64,000 bases of DNA from Patescibacteria group bacterium (GCA_041662585.1 JBAZSG010000002.1:13588-77587), one strand, 5' to 3'; positions 41,522 through 52,942 are shown, counted from the first letter of the stretch. Numbers and translations: made by a program. Notes: generated from the sequence alone by a model not told the origin.

Positions 41522-44014
41522 TTATACAAGGGTCACTGAAGAGACCTTGTCACCACTATCTCTAAATTTCATAAGTCGTACTCCTTGAGTAGCTCGACCC
41601 AAAACATTTACGGACTTTATCGGCATCCTAATGACCTGCCCTTTTTTGGAGATAATAATCATGTCTTCTTCTTCAGCTTTCCCAGATACTATATTGGCTG
41701 AAGCAATATTACCAGTTTTTTCAGTAACCTGAGCAGTCTTAATACCACTACCACCTCTACCTTGTACTTTATAAGATGCTACAGCTGTTCGCTTACCAAA
41801 ACCATTGGCCATCACCACCATAAGTTGCTCATCAGAAGATGCTTGGCCATCTAGGATCAAATCCACACCCACTATGACATCATCTTTCTTGAGACGGATA
41901 GCTCTGACTCCAGAAGCACCACGGCCCATGGCTCTGACTGTTTTTTCTTTAAAGCGGATAGCCTGTCCTTTGGCTGTGACCAAAATAATATCATCTTTAC
42001 CAGAAGATGTTCTGACCCAATTGAGTACATCATTTCCTTTGAGCTTCATCGCTATCAGACCACTGCGACGTACATGGAAAAATTGAGATACTTCTACTCT
42101 CTTGATTACTCCATATTTGGTCAACATAACCAAATACTTGAATACTTTAAAATCTTCACTCTGAATAATAGAAGATATCTGTTCTTCTGGAGAAAGTTGT
42201 AAAAAGTTTACAATATTTTGTCCTTTGGCCGTACGAGATTGTTGAGGAACCTCATGAGCCTTGAGCTGAAATACTCTGCCTTTGGTGGTAAAAAACATCA
42301 GGTCAGCATGAGTACTGGTAGACATAAATATTTGTACTTCATCTTGCTCTTTGGTAGTGAGTCCCATCACTCCTTTGCCTCCTCTACCTTGACTACGGAA
42401 ATTTTCTGGAGAAAGTCGCTTGATATAGCCATCATGAGTCATAGTGATGACAGTGGCCTCATTGGGAATAAGATCTTTGGTTTCCATTTTACCAATAGCA
42501 GATTTGACTACCTTGGTTTTTCTTTCGTCGTTAAATTTATCTTTCAATTCTTTGAGCTCGTCTTTGATTATCTTGAGTACTTTTGTTTTACTATTTAAAA
42601 TAGCTTCCAATTCTTTGATCAACTTCAATTTTTCTTTGAGCTCATCTTCTAGTTTCATTCTCTCCAAATTGGCCAAAGATTGTAATTTCATTTCTAAAAT
42701 AGCTACAGCTTGTCTTTCACTGAGCCTAAACTTTTTCATCAAATTTATTTTGGCTACATCTTTATCTTTAGAGGCGCGAATTGTTTTGATGACCGCATCA
42801 ATTTTATCAAGGGCTTTTTTCAAACCCTCCAAAATATGAGCTCTGTCCTTGGCTTTGTCCAAATCAAATTGAGTACGACGAGTTACTACTACCTGACGGT
42901 GCTTGATATATTCTTCCAAAATACCTTGCAAATTAAGAACTCGTGGCTGAATACCATCCACTAGAGCTAGCATATTAACATGAAATTTCTCTTGCAGCTG
43001 AGTATGCTTGTAAATATTGTTTAAAACCTTATTTGGGTAAGAATCTTTTTTGAGCTCAATAACTACTCTGACACCATCTTTATCTGATTCATCGCGAAGA
43101 TCTTTGATGCCTTCTAGTTTTTTATCTTTTACTAGCTGGGCAATCTTTTCTAGCATATTGGCTTTATTGACTTGAAAAGGCACAGAAGAAATAATGATTT
43201 GATACTGTCCAGATTTTTGTTCTACAATCTCAGCTTCACCACGCATCACTATACCACCACGACCAGTGGCATAGGCAGCTCTGATATCCTCAGTATTATA
43301 AATCACGCCACCAGTTGGAAAATCTGGACCTTTGACTATATTCATCAAATCTTCAAAACTAGCTTTTGGATTTTCAATAAGTAATGTAATAGCATCTACC
43401 AATTCTCCTAAATTATGTGGTGGAATATTGGTAGCCATACCAACAGCAATGCCAGTGGTTCCATTTAAAAGTAAATTTGGCAATTTGGCTGGCAAGACTC
43501 TTGGCTCTTTGTGTGAACCATCGTAGTTTGGTATAAAATCAACTGTATTTTTTTCTATATCAAACATCAATTCTTCGGCTATGGCTCTGAGTTTGGCTTC
43601 GGTATAACGCATAGCAGCCGCACCATCACCGTCCATAGAACCAAAGTTTCCTTGTCCGTTTATCAACTGATAACGCATAGAAAAATCTTGAGCCATCCTG
43701 ACCATAGAATCATAAACAGCACTATCACCATGTGGATGATATTTACCCAGCACTTCACCAACTACTGTAGCTGATTTTCTAAATTTGGCACTATGTCTTA
43801 GACCAATGCTCCACATAGCATAAAGTATCCTACGATGGACTGGTTTTAGACCATCTCTCACATCAGGAAGAGCACGAGAAACAATAACACTCATAGCATA
43901 ATCAATGTATGAGTTTTCCATTTCTTCAACAATAGATAGTGGCTCTACTGTACCTCTATTATCGATCAAAATGTCTTGATTTGATTTCTTTTCTTTGTCT
44001 TTCTTGGTTGGCAT
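41522..44014 (-). CDS. gyrA: DNA gyrase subunit A
   Basis: [28 protein letters not shown], GyrA box QGRGGKG. Confidence 0.98.
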   Translation of the reverse strand: MPTKKDKEKKSNQDILIDNRGTVEPLSIVEEMENSYIDYAMSVIVSRALPDVRDGLKPVHRRILYAMWSIGLRHSAKFRKSATVVGEVLGKYHPHGDSAVYDSMVRMAQDFSMRYQLINGQGNFGSMDGDGAAAMRYTEAKLRAIAEELMFDIEKNTVDFIPNYDGSHKEPRVLPAKLPNLLLNGTTGIAVGMATNIPPHNLGELVDAITLLIENPKASFEDLMNIVKGPDFPTGGVIYNTEDIRAAYATGRGGIVMRGEAEIVEQKSGQYQIIISSVPFQVNKANMLEKIAQLVKDKKLEGIKDLRDESDKDGVRVVIELKKDSYPNKVLNNIYKHTQLQEKFHVNMLALVDGIQPRVLNLQGILEEYIKHRQVVVTRRTQFDLDKAKDRAHILEGLKKALDKIDAVIKTIRASKDKDVAKINLMKKFRLSERQAVAILEMKLQSLANLERMKLEDELKEKLKLIKELEAILNSKTKVLKIIKDELKELKDKFNDERKTKVVKSAIGKMETKDLIPNEATVITMTHDGYIKRLSPENFRSQGRGGKGVMGLTTKEQDEVQIFMSTSTHADLMFFTTKGRVFQLKAHEVPQQSRTAKGQNIVNFLQLSPEEQISSIIQSEDFKVFKYLVMLTKYGVIKRVEVSQFFHVRRSGLIAMKLKGNDVLNWVRTSSGKDDIILVTAKGQAIRFKEKTVRAMGRGASGVRAIRLKKDDVIVGVDLILDGQASSDEQLMVVMANGFGKRTAVASYKVQGRGGSGIKTAQVTEKTGNIASANIVSGKAEEEDMIIISKKGQVIRMPIKSVNVLGRATQGVRLMKFRDSGDKVSSVTLV

Positions 44015-44039
44015 ATTATTTAACTTTGTCTAATATATA

Positions 44040-44636
44040 TTAATCAATACAAACTATTTGATTTACAAAACCATCTTCAACGATAGCCAAGCAACCATAG
44101 GCAAAAATATTTTCTGAACAAGTACCATTCATGGCAATGGCTTGGCCATTTAAAATAATCTGCTCCGAAGCCTCAGCTAAATCAGCTGTGCAATATCCTT
44201 GGCACTCGTTGCTATTTTTACATTCTAGACCAGCGTCAGTAGTAGCTAACAAACATTGTAAATTTTCTGTATTCCATTGACCCAGCTGAGATTCACAGTC
44301 TATTTGCGTGCTCGGAGATTTTATATTAGTATTTTCTTTTTCTTCTAAATACTTTTTGGCCTCTTCAACTAGCTGAGCTTGTTTGGCTTGTTTAGCTACT
44401 TCTTCGCCAATATTTTTAAAAACTTCTTGTTGTTCGCTTACTGATTCTTTTATTTCAGCAAAAGCATCCATTGAATCACCTGTTTCGTTTTTTAATTGAG
44501 TTAAAAAAATATCGTTGGTTTTTACCTTAGCAAAAGGCTCACTAGCTACCCATTGCCAAATTATCACACCGGCAAACAAAGTAACTAGTATGACCAAAAT
44601 CAAATTTTTTGTCCCCCCTGATTCAAATATAATCAT
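44040..44636 (-). CDS. Membrane-anchored hypothetical protein with Cys-rich C-terminal domain
   Basis: N-terminal TM, coiled region, 8 Cys in the C-terminal part (C..QLGQW..C..DAG.EC.NS.EC.G.C). Confidence 0.65.
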   Translation of the reverse strand: MIIFESGGTKNLILVILVTLFAGVIIWQWVASEPFAKVKTNDIFLTQLKNETGDSMDAFAEIKESVSEQQEVFKNIGEEVAKQAKQAQLVEEAKKYLEEKENTNIKSPSTQIDCESQLGQWNTENLQCLLATTDAGLECKNSNECQGYCTADLAEASEQIILNGQAIAMNGTCSENIFAYGCLAIVEDGFVNQIVCID

Positions 44637-45238
44637 TTTTGTAATTTAAGAACAATCAACTTAATATCTTCTTGAGGAAGATCTTTTTTCTTTATTTTAT
44701 ATTTATCTTCTTCTTCAGCCTTCACACCAAATTCTTTTACAAAAACGTCTATATTATCTACTTTGAGCTTACCGGAACCAGGATTATAACAACTTGGTAT
44801 CACTATGCGTGGTTCTACTTGCTGAATAATTTTGGAGGCCTCTTTGGCAGTAGTTAAGTCTCCACCACCAACTGGCAAAATCAAAATATCGGCACCCTCT
44901 ATCAATTCTAAATCTCCATTGGATAAATCTTCATGAGCAAACTCTCCCAAAAAAGCAATTTTGATGCCTTCAAAAACAACAAAATAAATAATATTTCCTT
45001 TGACTTCTCGCCCATAAACAAAAACATCCGATATCTCATACTCACCTGCTGAATCAACTACAAATGCTTCTTTATTAAATTTGGCTTGATCTATCTGACT
45101 AGGGTCAGAAAACAAAATAATATCGGCGCTTGTTTTGGGAAATTTTGTTACCTTATCTAATCCATAAGGATTAACTATTAGTGAATGTGTGTTGTTTTTT
45201 AATTTAAAATAATTAAATCCATGCCATGAAATTATCAT
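44633..45238 (-). CDS. MBL-fold (Lactamase_B_3-like) protein with degenerate metal motif
   Basis: I.W.G, GEYEI, DILILPVGG, EPRIVIP; HxHxDH is absent. Confidence 0.75.
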   Translation of the reverse strand: MIISWHGFNYFKLKNNTHSLIVNPYGLDKVTKFPKTSADIILFSDPSQIDQAKFNKEAFVVDSAGEYEISDVFVYGREVKGNIIYFVVFEGIKIAFLGEFAHEDLSNGDLELIEGADILILPVGGGDLTTAKEASKIIQQVEPRIVIPSCYNPGSGKLKVDNIDVFVKEFGVKAEEEDKYKIKKKDLPQEDIKLIVLKLQK

Positions 45239-45493
45239 ATTTTTGAAGTATTTTTATATCTTTTAATACTAAGAATTTTAACATAAACAAGGTCAAAAGT
45301 AAAGATAAAAATAAGCTATTTTAGACCATTTTTTATGGCTTTTAAGACAAGAAATACTAGTAAGTATAAGGGCTTGATTTTTTTTATCATTTATGGTAAT
45401 GTAAGGCAGCTTATAAATAATAAACATCTCCAAATTCGACAAGTTTGGAGGCTCGGTCCCAAGATGGGAAAGGGATAATTCATAATAATTAAT

Positions 45494-46726
45494 ATGTCAG
45501 AAGAAAAAACAACCACTCCGCATCCAATGGACCTGCTACTTCAAGATGAAAAAGCAGTGATAGTTCCAAAAGAAGGAGACTTGGTCACTGGTACAATTAT
45601 CAGTCTCTCTAAAAATGAAATTTATCTAGACATTGATGGTATCACTACAGGTATTATCCTAGGTAGAGAAATCTATGATGAATCAGATGAAACATCAGCT
45701 TTAAAAATAGGCGATAAAGCAACAGCTACTGTAGTCGGCCTAGACAATGAAAATGGCTATATGGAGCTATCATTACGTGAGGCTGGCCATAAAAAAGCTT
45801 GGGACACTCTAGAAGAGCTCTATCGAGAGGGCACTATTGTTGATTCCAAAGTCATTGATGCCAACAAAGGAGGTCTGATGATAAAAATTGGTAATGTCGT
45901 AGGCTTTTTACCAGTATCTCAACTAACCATTGAACATTATCCTCGTATTGAAGGTGGTGATAAAAGTAAAATCCTTACTCACTTAAAAAGTTTTGTAAAT
46001 CAAGCTTTGAAAACCAAAGTCATTGATATAAACGAAAAAGAAGAAAAACTTATTGTTTCTGAAAAAGCTGCTTGGAATGATAAACAGAAAAAAGTTATTT
46101 CAAAATTCAATGTTGGTGATAAAGTAGAAGGTAAAGTTACTGGTGTGGTAGATTTTGGTGCTTTTGTAGAGTTTGGTGATGGACTAGAAGGTCTAGTACA
46201 TATTTCCGAATTGGCTTGGCAAAGAATTGACAATCCAAGAGATGTCATCAAAGTCGGTGACCATGTAAAAGCAGAAATTATCGACATTGAAAATACCAAA
46301 ATTTCTCTTTCTATCAAAAAACTACAAAAAGATCCTTGGGTTGAGGTAGCTGCCAAATATCAAATCGGCCAAAAAGTAAAAGGCAAAGTTCTCAAAGTAA
46401 ATCCATTTGGTGCTTTTGTAGAATTGGATACTGATATTCATGGTCTAGTGCATATTTCTGAACTTAGTAGCAAAAAAGTTGCTAATCCAGAAGATCTAGT
46501 AACTGTGGGCAAAGAATACGAATTTACAATTTTAACTATCGAGCCAAAGCATCATCGTCTAGGCCTTTCTCTAAAAGGAATAGATACAAAGAAAGATGCT
46601 AAAAACAAAGAAGAAAAACAAGACGAAAAGAAAGATAAAGCCGAAAAATCAAGCAAAGAAAAAGTAGTCAAAGAAAAAAAGAAAGAAGAGAAAACAGAAG
46701 AAAAGAAAGATAAAGAAACAAAATAA
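45494..46726 (+). CDS. rpsA: 30S ribosomal protein S1 (4 S1 domains, Lys/Glu-rich tail)
   Basis: GFLPVSQL, FGAFVE..GLEGLVHISEL repeats. Confidence 0.93.
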   Translation: MSEEKTTTPHPMDLLLQDEKAVIVPKEGDLVTGTIISLSKNEIYLDIDGITTGIILGREIYDESDETSALKIGDKATATVVGLDNENGYMELSLREAGHKKAWDTLEELYREGTIVDSKVIDANKGGLMIKIGNVVGFLPVSQLTIEHYPRIEGGDKSKILTHLKSFVNQALKTKVIDINEKEEKLIVSEKAAWNDKQKKVISKFNVGDKVEGKVTGVVDFGAFVEFGDGLEGLVHISELAWQRIDNPRDVIKVGDHVKAEIIDIENTKISLSIKKLQKDPWVEVAAKYQIGQKVKGKVLKVNPFGAFVELDTDIHGLVHISELSSKKVANPEDLVTVGKEYEFTILTIEPKHHRLGLSLKGIDTKKDAKNKEEKQDEKKDKAEKSSKEKVVKEKKKEEKTEEKKDKETK

Positions 46727-46740
46727 ATTTAGAAATTTTG

Positions 46741-46804
46741 CCCCGTTAGAAATATCCCCTAATATTTGATATACTAAAGTATCAAGACTAGGCCTCTAAC
46801 GGGG
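46741..46804. repeat. 64-bp element with 10-bp terminal inverted repeats (MITE/REP-like)
   Basis: CCCCGTTAGA ... TCTAACGGGG. Confidence 0.55.
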
Positions 46805-46826
46805 TTAAAATAATAAAGAAAATTAT

Positions 46827-48629
46827 ATGAAAAATATTGCCAAAAATTTCCTGATATTTTTTCTGATATTTGCAGCTATTATGACTGTTTTCAGTCTGTT
46901 TGATAATAGCAATAAAAATATTGAAGAAATATCCATAGCTAAATTGGTTCAAGAAATCAATAATGAAGAAGTAAAAAGCATTACTGTCAAAGGTAATGAT
47001 CTTGATATAATACTAAAAGACGAAAGTGAACAGTCTAGTAAAAAAGAAGTCACTGAATCTCTTAGTGAGGTCCTCAAAAACTACGATGTCTCTACTGAAA
47101 AAATAGCTAGTGTAGATATCAATATTGGTGATGAAACTAGCTCGAGTTTTTTACTTACTATCTTGCCATTTATTATTCCGGCTCTATTTATTATCGGACT
47201 TATTTGGTTTATGATGCGCCAAGTCCAAGGTGTCAACTCCAAAGCTATGACCTTTGGTCAGTCTGGAGCCAAAATTGCTGATCAAAAACAAAAAGTCACC
47301 TTCAAAGATGTGGCTGGTGCCAAAGAAGCCAAAGAAGATTTGGTAGAGATAGTAGACTTTCTAAAATACCCACAAAAATATGTATCTATGGGAGCCAAGA
47401 TTCCCAAAGGAGTACTACTGCTCGGCTCTCCTGGCACTGGTAAGACACTTTTAGCTAGAGCTACCTCTGGTGAAGCCAAGGTACCATTTTTTCATATATC
47501 AGGATCTGAATTTGTAGAAATGTTTGTCGGTGTCGGCGCTAGTCGCGTCCGAGATTTGTTTAAAAAAGCCAAAAAAGCTGCACCTTGTATTATCTTTATT
47601 GATGAAATAGATGCTGTTGGTCGCCAACGTGGTGCAGGACTAGGAGGATCTCATGACGAAAGAGAACAAACTCTAAACCAAATCTTGGTAGAAATGGATG
47701 GTTTTGACAATCAAACCAATATTATCATCCTAGCCGCCACCAATAGACCAGATGTCTTGGATCCTGCACTGCTTCGACCAGGACGTTTTGATAGACAAGT
47801 AGTCATAGACTTGCCAGATATAAAAGATCGCGAAGCGATACTCAAAATTCATGCCAACAAAAAACCACTAGAAAAAGAAGTAGATCTAAAACTAGTAGCT
47901 CAACGTACACCAGGCTTTTCTGGAGCTGACTTGGCCAATCTATTAAATGAAGCAGCTATAGTAGCTGCCAGAGCCAACAAAAAAACTATTAGTAGTCAAA
48001 CTGTACTTGATTCTATAGAAAGAGTCTTGCTAGGACGAGAGCGCAAAAGTCATATCTTGTCTGAAAAAGAAAAGAAAATCACCGCTTATCATGAAGCCGG
48101 ACACGCCTTGATAGCCCACATATTACCAAATGCTGATCCAGTGCACAAAGTGTCCATCATCTCTCGTGGACGAGCTGCAGGCTACACTATCAATCTACCA
48201 ACTGAAGACAAAAAAATGCAAAGCTATTCTGATTTTATAGATTCTATGGCTGTGCTACTTGGTGGTTTTGCTGCTGAAAAAATATTTTTTGGTGAAGTGA
48301 CTACTGGTGCTTCCAATGATTTACAAAGAGCTACGGCTACAGCTAGAAAAATAGTAACTCAATTTGGTATGGACGAAAAACTAGGACCTCGTACTTTTGG
48401 TCAAAAAGATGAGATGATTTTCCTAGGCAAAGAAATACACGAGCGTCGTGACTATAGTGAAAAAACTGCTCAGACTATTGATGAAGAAATATCAAATTAT
48501 ATACATGCCGCTTTGGCTACGGCTACTAAAACCATCAATGATAATAAAGCCAAGATGGAAAAAATAGTAGCGGTATTGGTAGAAAGAGAAACTATAGAAA
48601 AAGAAGAATTTGATAAATTATTGGCTTAA
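46827..48629 (+). CDS. ftsH: ATP-dependent zinc metalloprotease FtsH
   Basis: [34 protein letters not shown]. Confidence 0.98.
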   Translation: MKNIAKNFLIFFLIFAAIMTVFSLFDNSNKNIEEISIAKLVQEINNEEVKSITVKGNDLDIILKDESEQSSKKEVTESLSEVLKNYDVSTEKIASVDINIGDETSSSFLLTILPFIIPALFIIGLIWFMMRQVQGVNSKAMTFGQSGAKIADQKQKVTFKDVAGAKEAKEDLVEIVDFLKYPQKYVSMGAKIPKGVLLLGSPGTGKTLLARATSGEAKVPFFHISGSEFVEMFVGVGASRVRDLFKKAKKAAPCIIFIDEIDAVGRQRGAGLGGSHDEREQTLNQILVEMDGFDNQTNIIILAATNRPDVLDPALLRPGRFDRQVVIDLPDIKDREAILKIHANKKPLEKEVDLKLVAQRTPGFSGADLANLLNEAAIVAARANKKTISSQTVLDSIERVLLGRERKSHILSEKEKKITAYHEAGHALIAHILPNADPVHKVSIISRGRAAGYTINLPTEDKKMQSYSDFIDSMAVLLGGFAAEKIFFGEVTTGASNDLQRATATARKIVTQFGMDEKLGPRTFGQKDEMIFLGKEIHERRDYSEKTAQTIDEEISNYIHAALATATKTINDNKAKMEKIVAVLVERETIEKEEFDKLLA

Positions 48630-48639
48630 AAATCTTTTA

Positions 48640-48667
48640 AAAATCTCCCTTATCGGGAGGTTTTTTT
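48640..48667 (+). terminator. ftsH terminator
   Basis: AAAAATCTCCC TTATC GGGAGGTTTTTTT. Confidence 0.7.
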
Positions 48668-48810
48668 ATTTATTTACATATTGACTGACTTAAGCTAAAC
48701 TTTCAATAAGTGCGTAAGCATACTGTTATCCGCAATTTTACTCAGTTTTCATTTTTTCTTTTACTAAATGGTAGGTGGGAAAAATAATTTACTAATTAAT
48801 CAAAAAAATT

Positions 48811-49521
48811 ATGTCCATCGAAAAACCAAATTTTAATAAACCAGAATCTCCAGACGCAAAAAATGAATCTGAAGAAAAATATGAAAATGGCAACATTACA
48901 TTTTTTGCAGAGGGCGCTAAAAATAATGGTCAAATTGAAATAGCTAAAAATATTACCGAAACCATCGCACCATATATGGACAACAAAGTTCATGTTCAAT
49001 ACAAAAAAATAAAAGCAGAAAATCCTGGTTTTAATTCTAGATTAAATCCAAAATTTCGAGATGAAAATTATCACGATTCAATTACAATCAATTCTGATTA
49101 TCAATATCAAGATGAATTACCATTTATTTTAGCACACGAGCTGGGCCATTCCTTTGAAGAAAAATTAGAGCAAATTGTAAAAAATGATGAGGTAGAAACA
49201 CTACCAGTCGGAATGGACGATGAGTATGCAGATTTTTATGCTGATTTGATTGCGGTTTATATTCTTAGACCGGAATTATTAAAAAAACTTGAAGACATTC
49301 CAGCTGGTCAAAACACTTTATTGGCTATTCAAAAAATGTTTAGTGGCAATGATTTTACTGAATTAAGAACAAAATTAAATTTATTGCCCCACCCAAAGAC
49401 CACTATAGAGCCAGATAGCGAAGAAGAAATGGAAAGAAAAGCAAGACTTGATAAACTTTTTGAAAGGGTTTTTGACAAAATCAATGAGTATATTAATCAA
49501 AAATATACACGCGAAAATTAG
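48811..49521 (+). CDS. HExxH zinc metallopeptidase-like hypothetical protein (ImmA/IrrE-like motif)
   Basis: FILAHELGH..DEYADFYA. Confidence 0.55.
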   Translation: MSIEKPNFNKPESPDAKNESEEKYENGNITFFAEGAKNNGQIEIAKNITETIAPYMDNKVHVQYKKIKAENPGFNSRLNPKFRDENYHDSITINSDYQYQDELPFILAHELGHSFEEKLEQIVKNDEVETLPVGMDDEYADFYADLIAVYILRPELLKKLEDIPAGQNTLLAIQKMFSGNDFTELRTKLNLLPHPKTTIEPDSEEEMERKARLDKLFERVFDKINEYINQKYTREN

Positions 49522-49595
49522 TTGGACCTATTCCTTTTCTTTCTTAATATTTAATAGCAACTATTTTATAAACTTTAATTACTAAGTTTACTACT

Positions 49596-50129
49596 ATGCA
49601 TAAAACAAAAAGATTCATTGTTTGGACAATTATTTTGACTCTTGCGCTAGCTGTTCTATTAGCAACACCCTTTACCAGCGAAGTGCAATGGAATGAAACT
49701 ATTGCTTACATAGTCATATTACTGGCAGTTGGTGGAGCTTATGAATTGTGGCAATGGTTAAAAACTCGTGACAAAATATATCATATCGCTTTTGGCCTTG
49801 GATTTATGGGAATATTACTCCTCGGCTGGATCAGTGGAGCCATTGGTATTATTGGCAGTGAAAACAACTCTGTAAACTTGCTGTATTGGCTAGTGCCATC
49901 TGTCGGACTTATCGGCTCTATACTTTCTCGCTTTAAACCACGTGGTATGGACCTTACGTTGTTTGCAATGGCTATTGTTCAATTTTTGGTTCCAGTAGTT
50001 GCATTGATTGTATCGCCAGAAGTCAGCTGGGGCAACGCCGGAGTTATTGGTGTGTTTGTTGTCAACTTCATTTTCGCAGCAATATTTACTGTATCGGCAT
50101 TACTGTTTCGCCATGCAAACACCAACTAA
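49596..50129 (+). CDS. Hypothetical membrane protein
   Basis: 6 TM; FTSEVQW, W..GAIGIIGSENN. Confidence 0.75.
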   Translation: MHKTKRFIVWTIILTLALAVLLATPFTSEVQWNETIAYIVILLAVGGAYELWQWLKTRDKIYHIAFGLGFMGILLLGWISGAIGIIGSENNSVNLLYWLVPSVGLIGSILSRFKPRGMDLTLFAMAIVQFLVPVVALIVSPEVSWGNAGVIGVFVVNFIFAAIFTVSALLFRHANTN

Positions 50130-50169
50130 AATAACAAAAATACGCTAAATTATATAAAAAAATAATTTT

Positions 50170-50637
50170 ATGAACTACAAACACACTCAAATTGGATATC
50201 TGATGATAATTATTACCTTGGCTATGCTGATATTTTTTGCTTGGCTTTATGCTACTAGTGCCGCTGAGCCTGAGTCAGTCGACTCTGGTACAAACTTGGC
50301 CGTTACTAGCGTTATGATATTAATTCTGTGTATTCTTGTTTCTTTTTGTTCACTAAAAGTAACTATTGATGAAAAATATTTGTATATCAAATTTGGCTAT
50401 GGTATTTATAAAAAAAAGTTTTTGCTCAGTGACATACTATCTACCAAAAACGTAAAAAATCATTGGTATTATGGCTGGGGTATACGGTTGTGGTTTTGGC
50501 CCAAGATGTGGATTTATAATATTTCTGGTTTTGACGCGATTGAAATTCAGATGAAGAACGGTAAAATCTACCGAATCGGAACAGATGAGCCAGAAAAGCT
50601 TGAAACTGCAATCAAAAAGAAAAAGAGCAGTTTATAG
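50170..50637 (+). CDS. Hypothetical membrane protein with PH-like C-terminal domain
   Basis: YKHTQIG, 2 TM, WYYGWGIR..YNISG..IGTDEP. Confidence 0.75.
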   Translation: MNYKHTQIGYLMIIITLAMLIFFAWLYATSAAEPESVDSGTNLAVTSVMILILCILVSFCSLKVTIDEKYLYIKFGYGIYKKKFLLSDILSTKNVKNHWYYGWGIRLWFWPKMWIYNISGFDAIEIQMKNGKIYRIGTDEPEKLETAIKKKKSSL

Positions 50638-51308
50638 ACATGCTCTTAGGGTCTGGGTTGCGTTTCAACGCAGGAACAATGACACCAACATTGGGATGGC
50701 AATCAATATGAACATAACTGTGTAAGACAGGCGTAGGAGATTTTTATTAACCTCCCTCAAAATAATTCCGTAGCCAGTTTCCTTGTTGATGCCAAGTTCA
50801 TCATCAATACCAAGAAATAAACAAACGAAAAAAATGCCAAAGACAAAGACAACGACTACAGGGACATCCATGTGGCTAACAATAATGAAATATATGAAGG
50901 AAAAAACCATGACACTGTAAAAGGCAGCGGCAAAGGCAGATAAAAAACCAGAAGTAACCTCTTCTACCAGGCGATTCTTCAAAGCCAACCGACACATCTT
51001 CAAAGCCAAGAAAAAACAGCAAGGATACAGAGCTAAAAACGCTATCGCTACAGTAATGGCAATGGCATCATCCCAATTATCTGTCAAAGACAGGGCGATA
51101 AAATACACTGATAGCGTGACCACCGTGGCAATCAGTTGCCACTTCCCCAGTTTATCCCACCACAGAGGCAATTGGGGTCTAGCTGTTTTCTCCCACCACA
51201 AGAATAATGGGGACAATTGAAACGTCATCGTCAACCTCCTCACACAATATAATTAAAGTACAATTAATTTAATAAAACATATTAACACGCTGCTACACTA
51301 CTGTCAAT
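50614..51308 (-). repeat. Duplicated promoter-gene-terminator cassette, copy A
   Basis: Ends nearly identical to 52273-52919. Confidence 0.9.
50665..51228 (-). CDS. Hypothetical membrane protein, paralog A
   Basis: AGGAGG RBS before MTFQLSP; multiple TM segments. Confidence 0.75.
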   Translation of the reverse strand: MTFQLSPLFLWWEKTARPQLPLWWDKLGKWQLIATVVTLSVYFIALSLTDNWDDAIAITVAIAFLALYPCCFFLALKMCRLALKNRLVEEVTSGFLSAFAAAFYSVMVFSFIYFIIVSHMDVPVVVVFVFGIFFVCLFLGIDDELGINKETGYGIILREVNKNLLRLSYTVMFILIAIPMLVSLFLR

Positions 51309-51353
51309 ATAATACCTATAAAAAAACATTACCCCTAGTACTAATAATAAATT

Positions 51354-51905
51354 ATGAATAACGAAAATAATTTTTCTCAAAATATTGAACAGCCAGAACA
51401 ATGGCCCAAAAAAATTTCTGTCCAGTTTGATCAAAACCATTTTGACGGCCAAGAAATTGATAAAAAAGCCGTAGATTATCAAAAAGACTCTGGAAACAGC
51501 TGGTTACCAGGATCACTAAATAACTGGTGGAAAAAAATTTGTTTAGAGAACGAGCCAGAAGTTTCTGCTGAAGAACTAGGAGAAATTATTTATTATTTGA
51601 TAGAAGTAGCCAGAAATGCTATAGAAAAAGTCGGCAGTGGTGAAATCGAGGTTATTTTTGATAAAAATAAAATTACCTTTGTGGTAACTGATCAAGGAGT
51701 GGGATTTGAAAATCCACTCCAACAAATCAAACCCAAACACGGCTTATATGAAGTGCGTGGTTATGCTGATGAGTTTACAATTGAAACCAATGGAAAAAAA
51801 TACACCAAAATACCCAATAGCTTAAATCTTGATCAATCGGAAGAAACCGATGTCATACAAGGTTCTCGTATAACTTTTACAAAAAATTATGATGAGAAAA
51901 AATAG
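51354..51905 (+). CDS. GHKL/HATPase-like ATP-binding protein (RsbW-like)
   Basis: E..RNA, DQGVGF, HGL, GSRITF boxes. Confidence 0.7.
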   Translation: MNNENNFSQNIEQPEQWPKKISVQFDQNHFDGQEIDKKAVDYQKDSGNSWLPGSLNNWWKKICLENEPEVSAEELGEIIYYLIEVARNAIEKVGSGEIEVIFDKNKITFVVTDQGVGFENPLQQIKPKHGLYEVRGYADEFTIETNGKKYTKIPNSLNLDQSEETDVIQGSRITFTKNYDEKK

Positions 51906-51925
51906 CTAAATATTATTTTATCATT

Positions 51926-52210
51926 ATGAAACATCAAAATATAGTCCGTATTGCTATCATTGTAGGGTTGATTTTACTCGTACCTCTGATAGCTATGCAA
52001 TTTACAGAAGAAGTAAACTGGAGTTTAACAGACTTTGTTGTTATGGGTGCACTCCTATTTGGTACTGGTCTTGGCATTAACTTTGCCTTAAACAAACTTT
52101 CCAATCCAGAATATCGAGTTATCGTTGTTACTATTATCGTGCTAATTTTTTTGTTGATTTGGGTGGAACTGGCAGTTGGAATATTTAATACACCATTTGC
52201 CGGAAGCTAA
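51926..52210 (+). CDS. Small membrane protein, related to 49596-50129
   Basis: AMQFTEEVNW..WVELAVGIF. Confidence 0.75.
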   Translation: MKHQNIVRIAIIVGLILLVPLIAMQFTEEVNWSLTDFVVMGALLFGTGLGINFALNKLSNPEYRVIVVTIIVLIFLLIWVELAVGIFNTPFAGS

Positions 52211-52249
52211 TATAATTAAATAAATTTTTTAATTTAAAATATAAACACC
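52211..52249 (+). repeat. 39-bp AT-rich direct repeat (second copy 53862-53900)
   Basis: 36/39 identity between the copies. Confidence 0.65.
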
Positions 52250-52272
52250 GTAGGCGATATTCCATTTTAGAT

Positions 52273-52919
52273 AAAAAGAAAAAGAGCAGTTTATAGACGT
52301 GCTCTTAGGGTCTGGGTTGCGTCTCAGCGCAGGAACAATGACACCAATATTGGTATTGAGATTGACATGAACATAACTGTGTAAGACAATCTCAGAAGGT
52401 TTCTATCAATCTCACTCGCAATCATTCCATAGCTAGTGGCGTCTCCGCTAAGACCCGTAAAAATGCCCTCGCTGTAAATAACCACAATAAGAAAAATGGA
52501 TAGAATGACCAAAATGACATCAATACCTTTATAAATGGCTCGCCCAATATACAAAACAATCGCGACATTGCAAAAGACAACAAAAAAGACAGAGAAAGAA
52601 CTCAAAACATTGCCCCTCCAGAAGGCAAAACAAATATCCATAGAAAAACCCACTATCGCTGCCGTAATGCCAATGGCATACCACCAATTGTCTGTCAAAG
52701 ACAGACTTATAAAAAATCCGAGTAGCGTGACCACTATGGCAATCAGTTGCCACTTACCCAACTTAGCCCACCACAGAGGCAATTGAGGCCTAGCTGTTTT
52801 CTCCCACCACAAGAATAATGGGGACAATTGAAATGTCATCGTCAACCTCCTCATACAATATAATTAAAGTACTATTAATTTAATAAAACATATTAACACG
52901 CTGCTACACTACTGTCAAT
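52273..52919 (-). repeat. Duplicated promoter-gene-terminator cassette, copy B
   Basis: Ends nearly identical to 50614-51308. Confidence 0.9.
52324..52839 (-). CDS. Hypothetical membrane protein, paralog B
   Basis: Same N- and C-termini as paralog A, divergent centre. Confidence 0.75.
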   Translation of the reverse strand: MTFQLSPLFLWWEKTARPQLPLWWAKLGKWQLIAIVVTLLGFFISLSLTDNWWYAIGITAAIVGFSMDICFAFWRGNVLSSFSVFFVVFCNVAIVLYIGRAIYKGIDVILVILSIFLIVVIYSEGIFTGLSGDATSYGMIASEIDRNLLRLSYTVMFMSISIPILVSLFLR

Positions 52920-52942
52920 GAGACACAAACTTAAACACCTTT

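Noticed and set aside
50614-52919. Diversity-generating retroelement TR/VR pair
   Set aside because: No reverse transcriptase in the window; differences are not adenine-specific and include indels.
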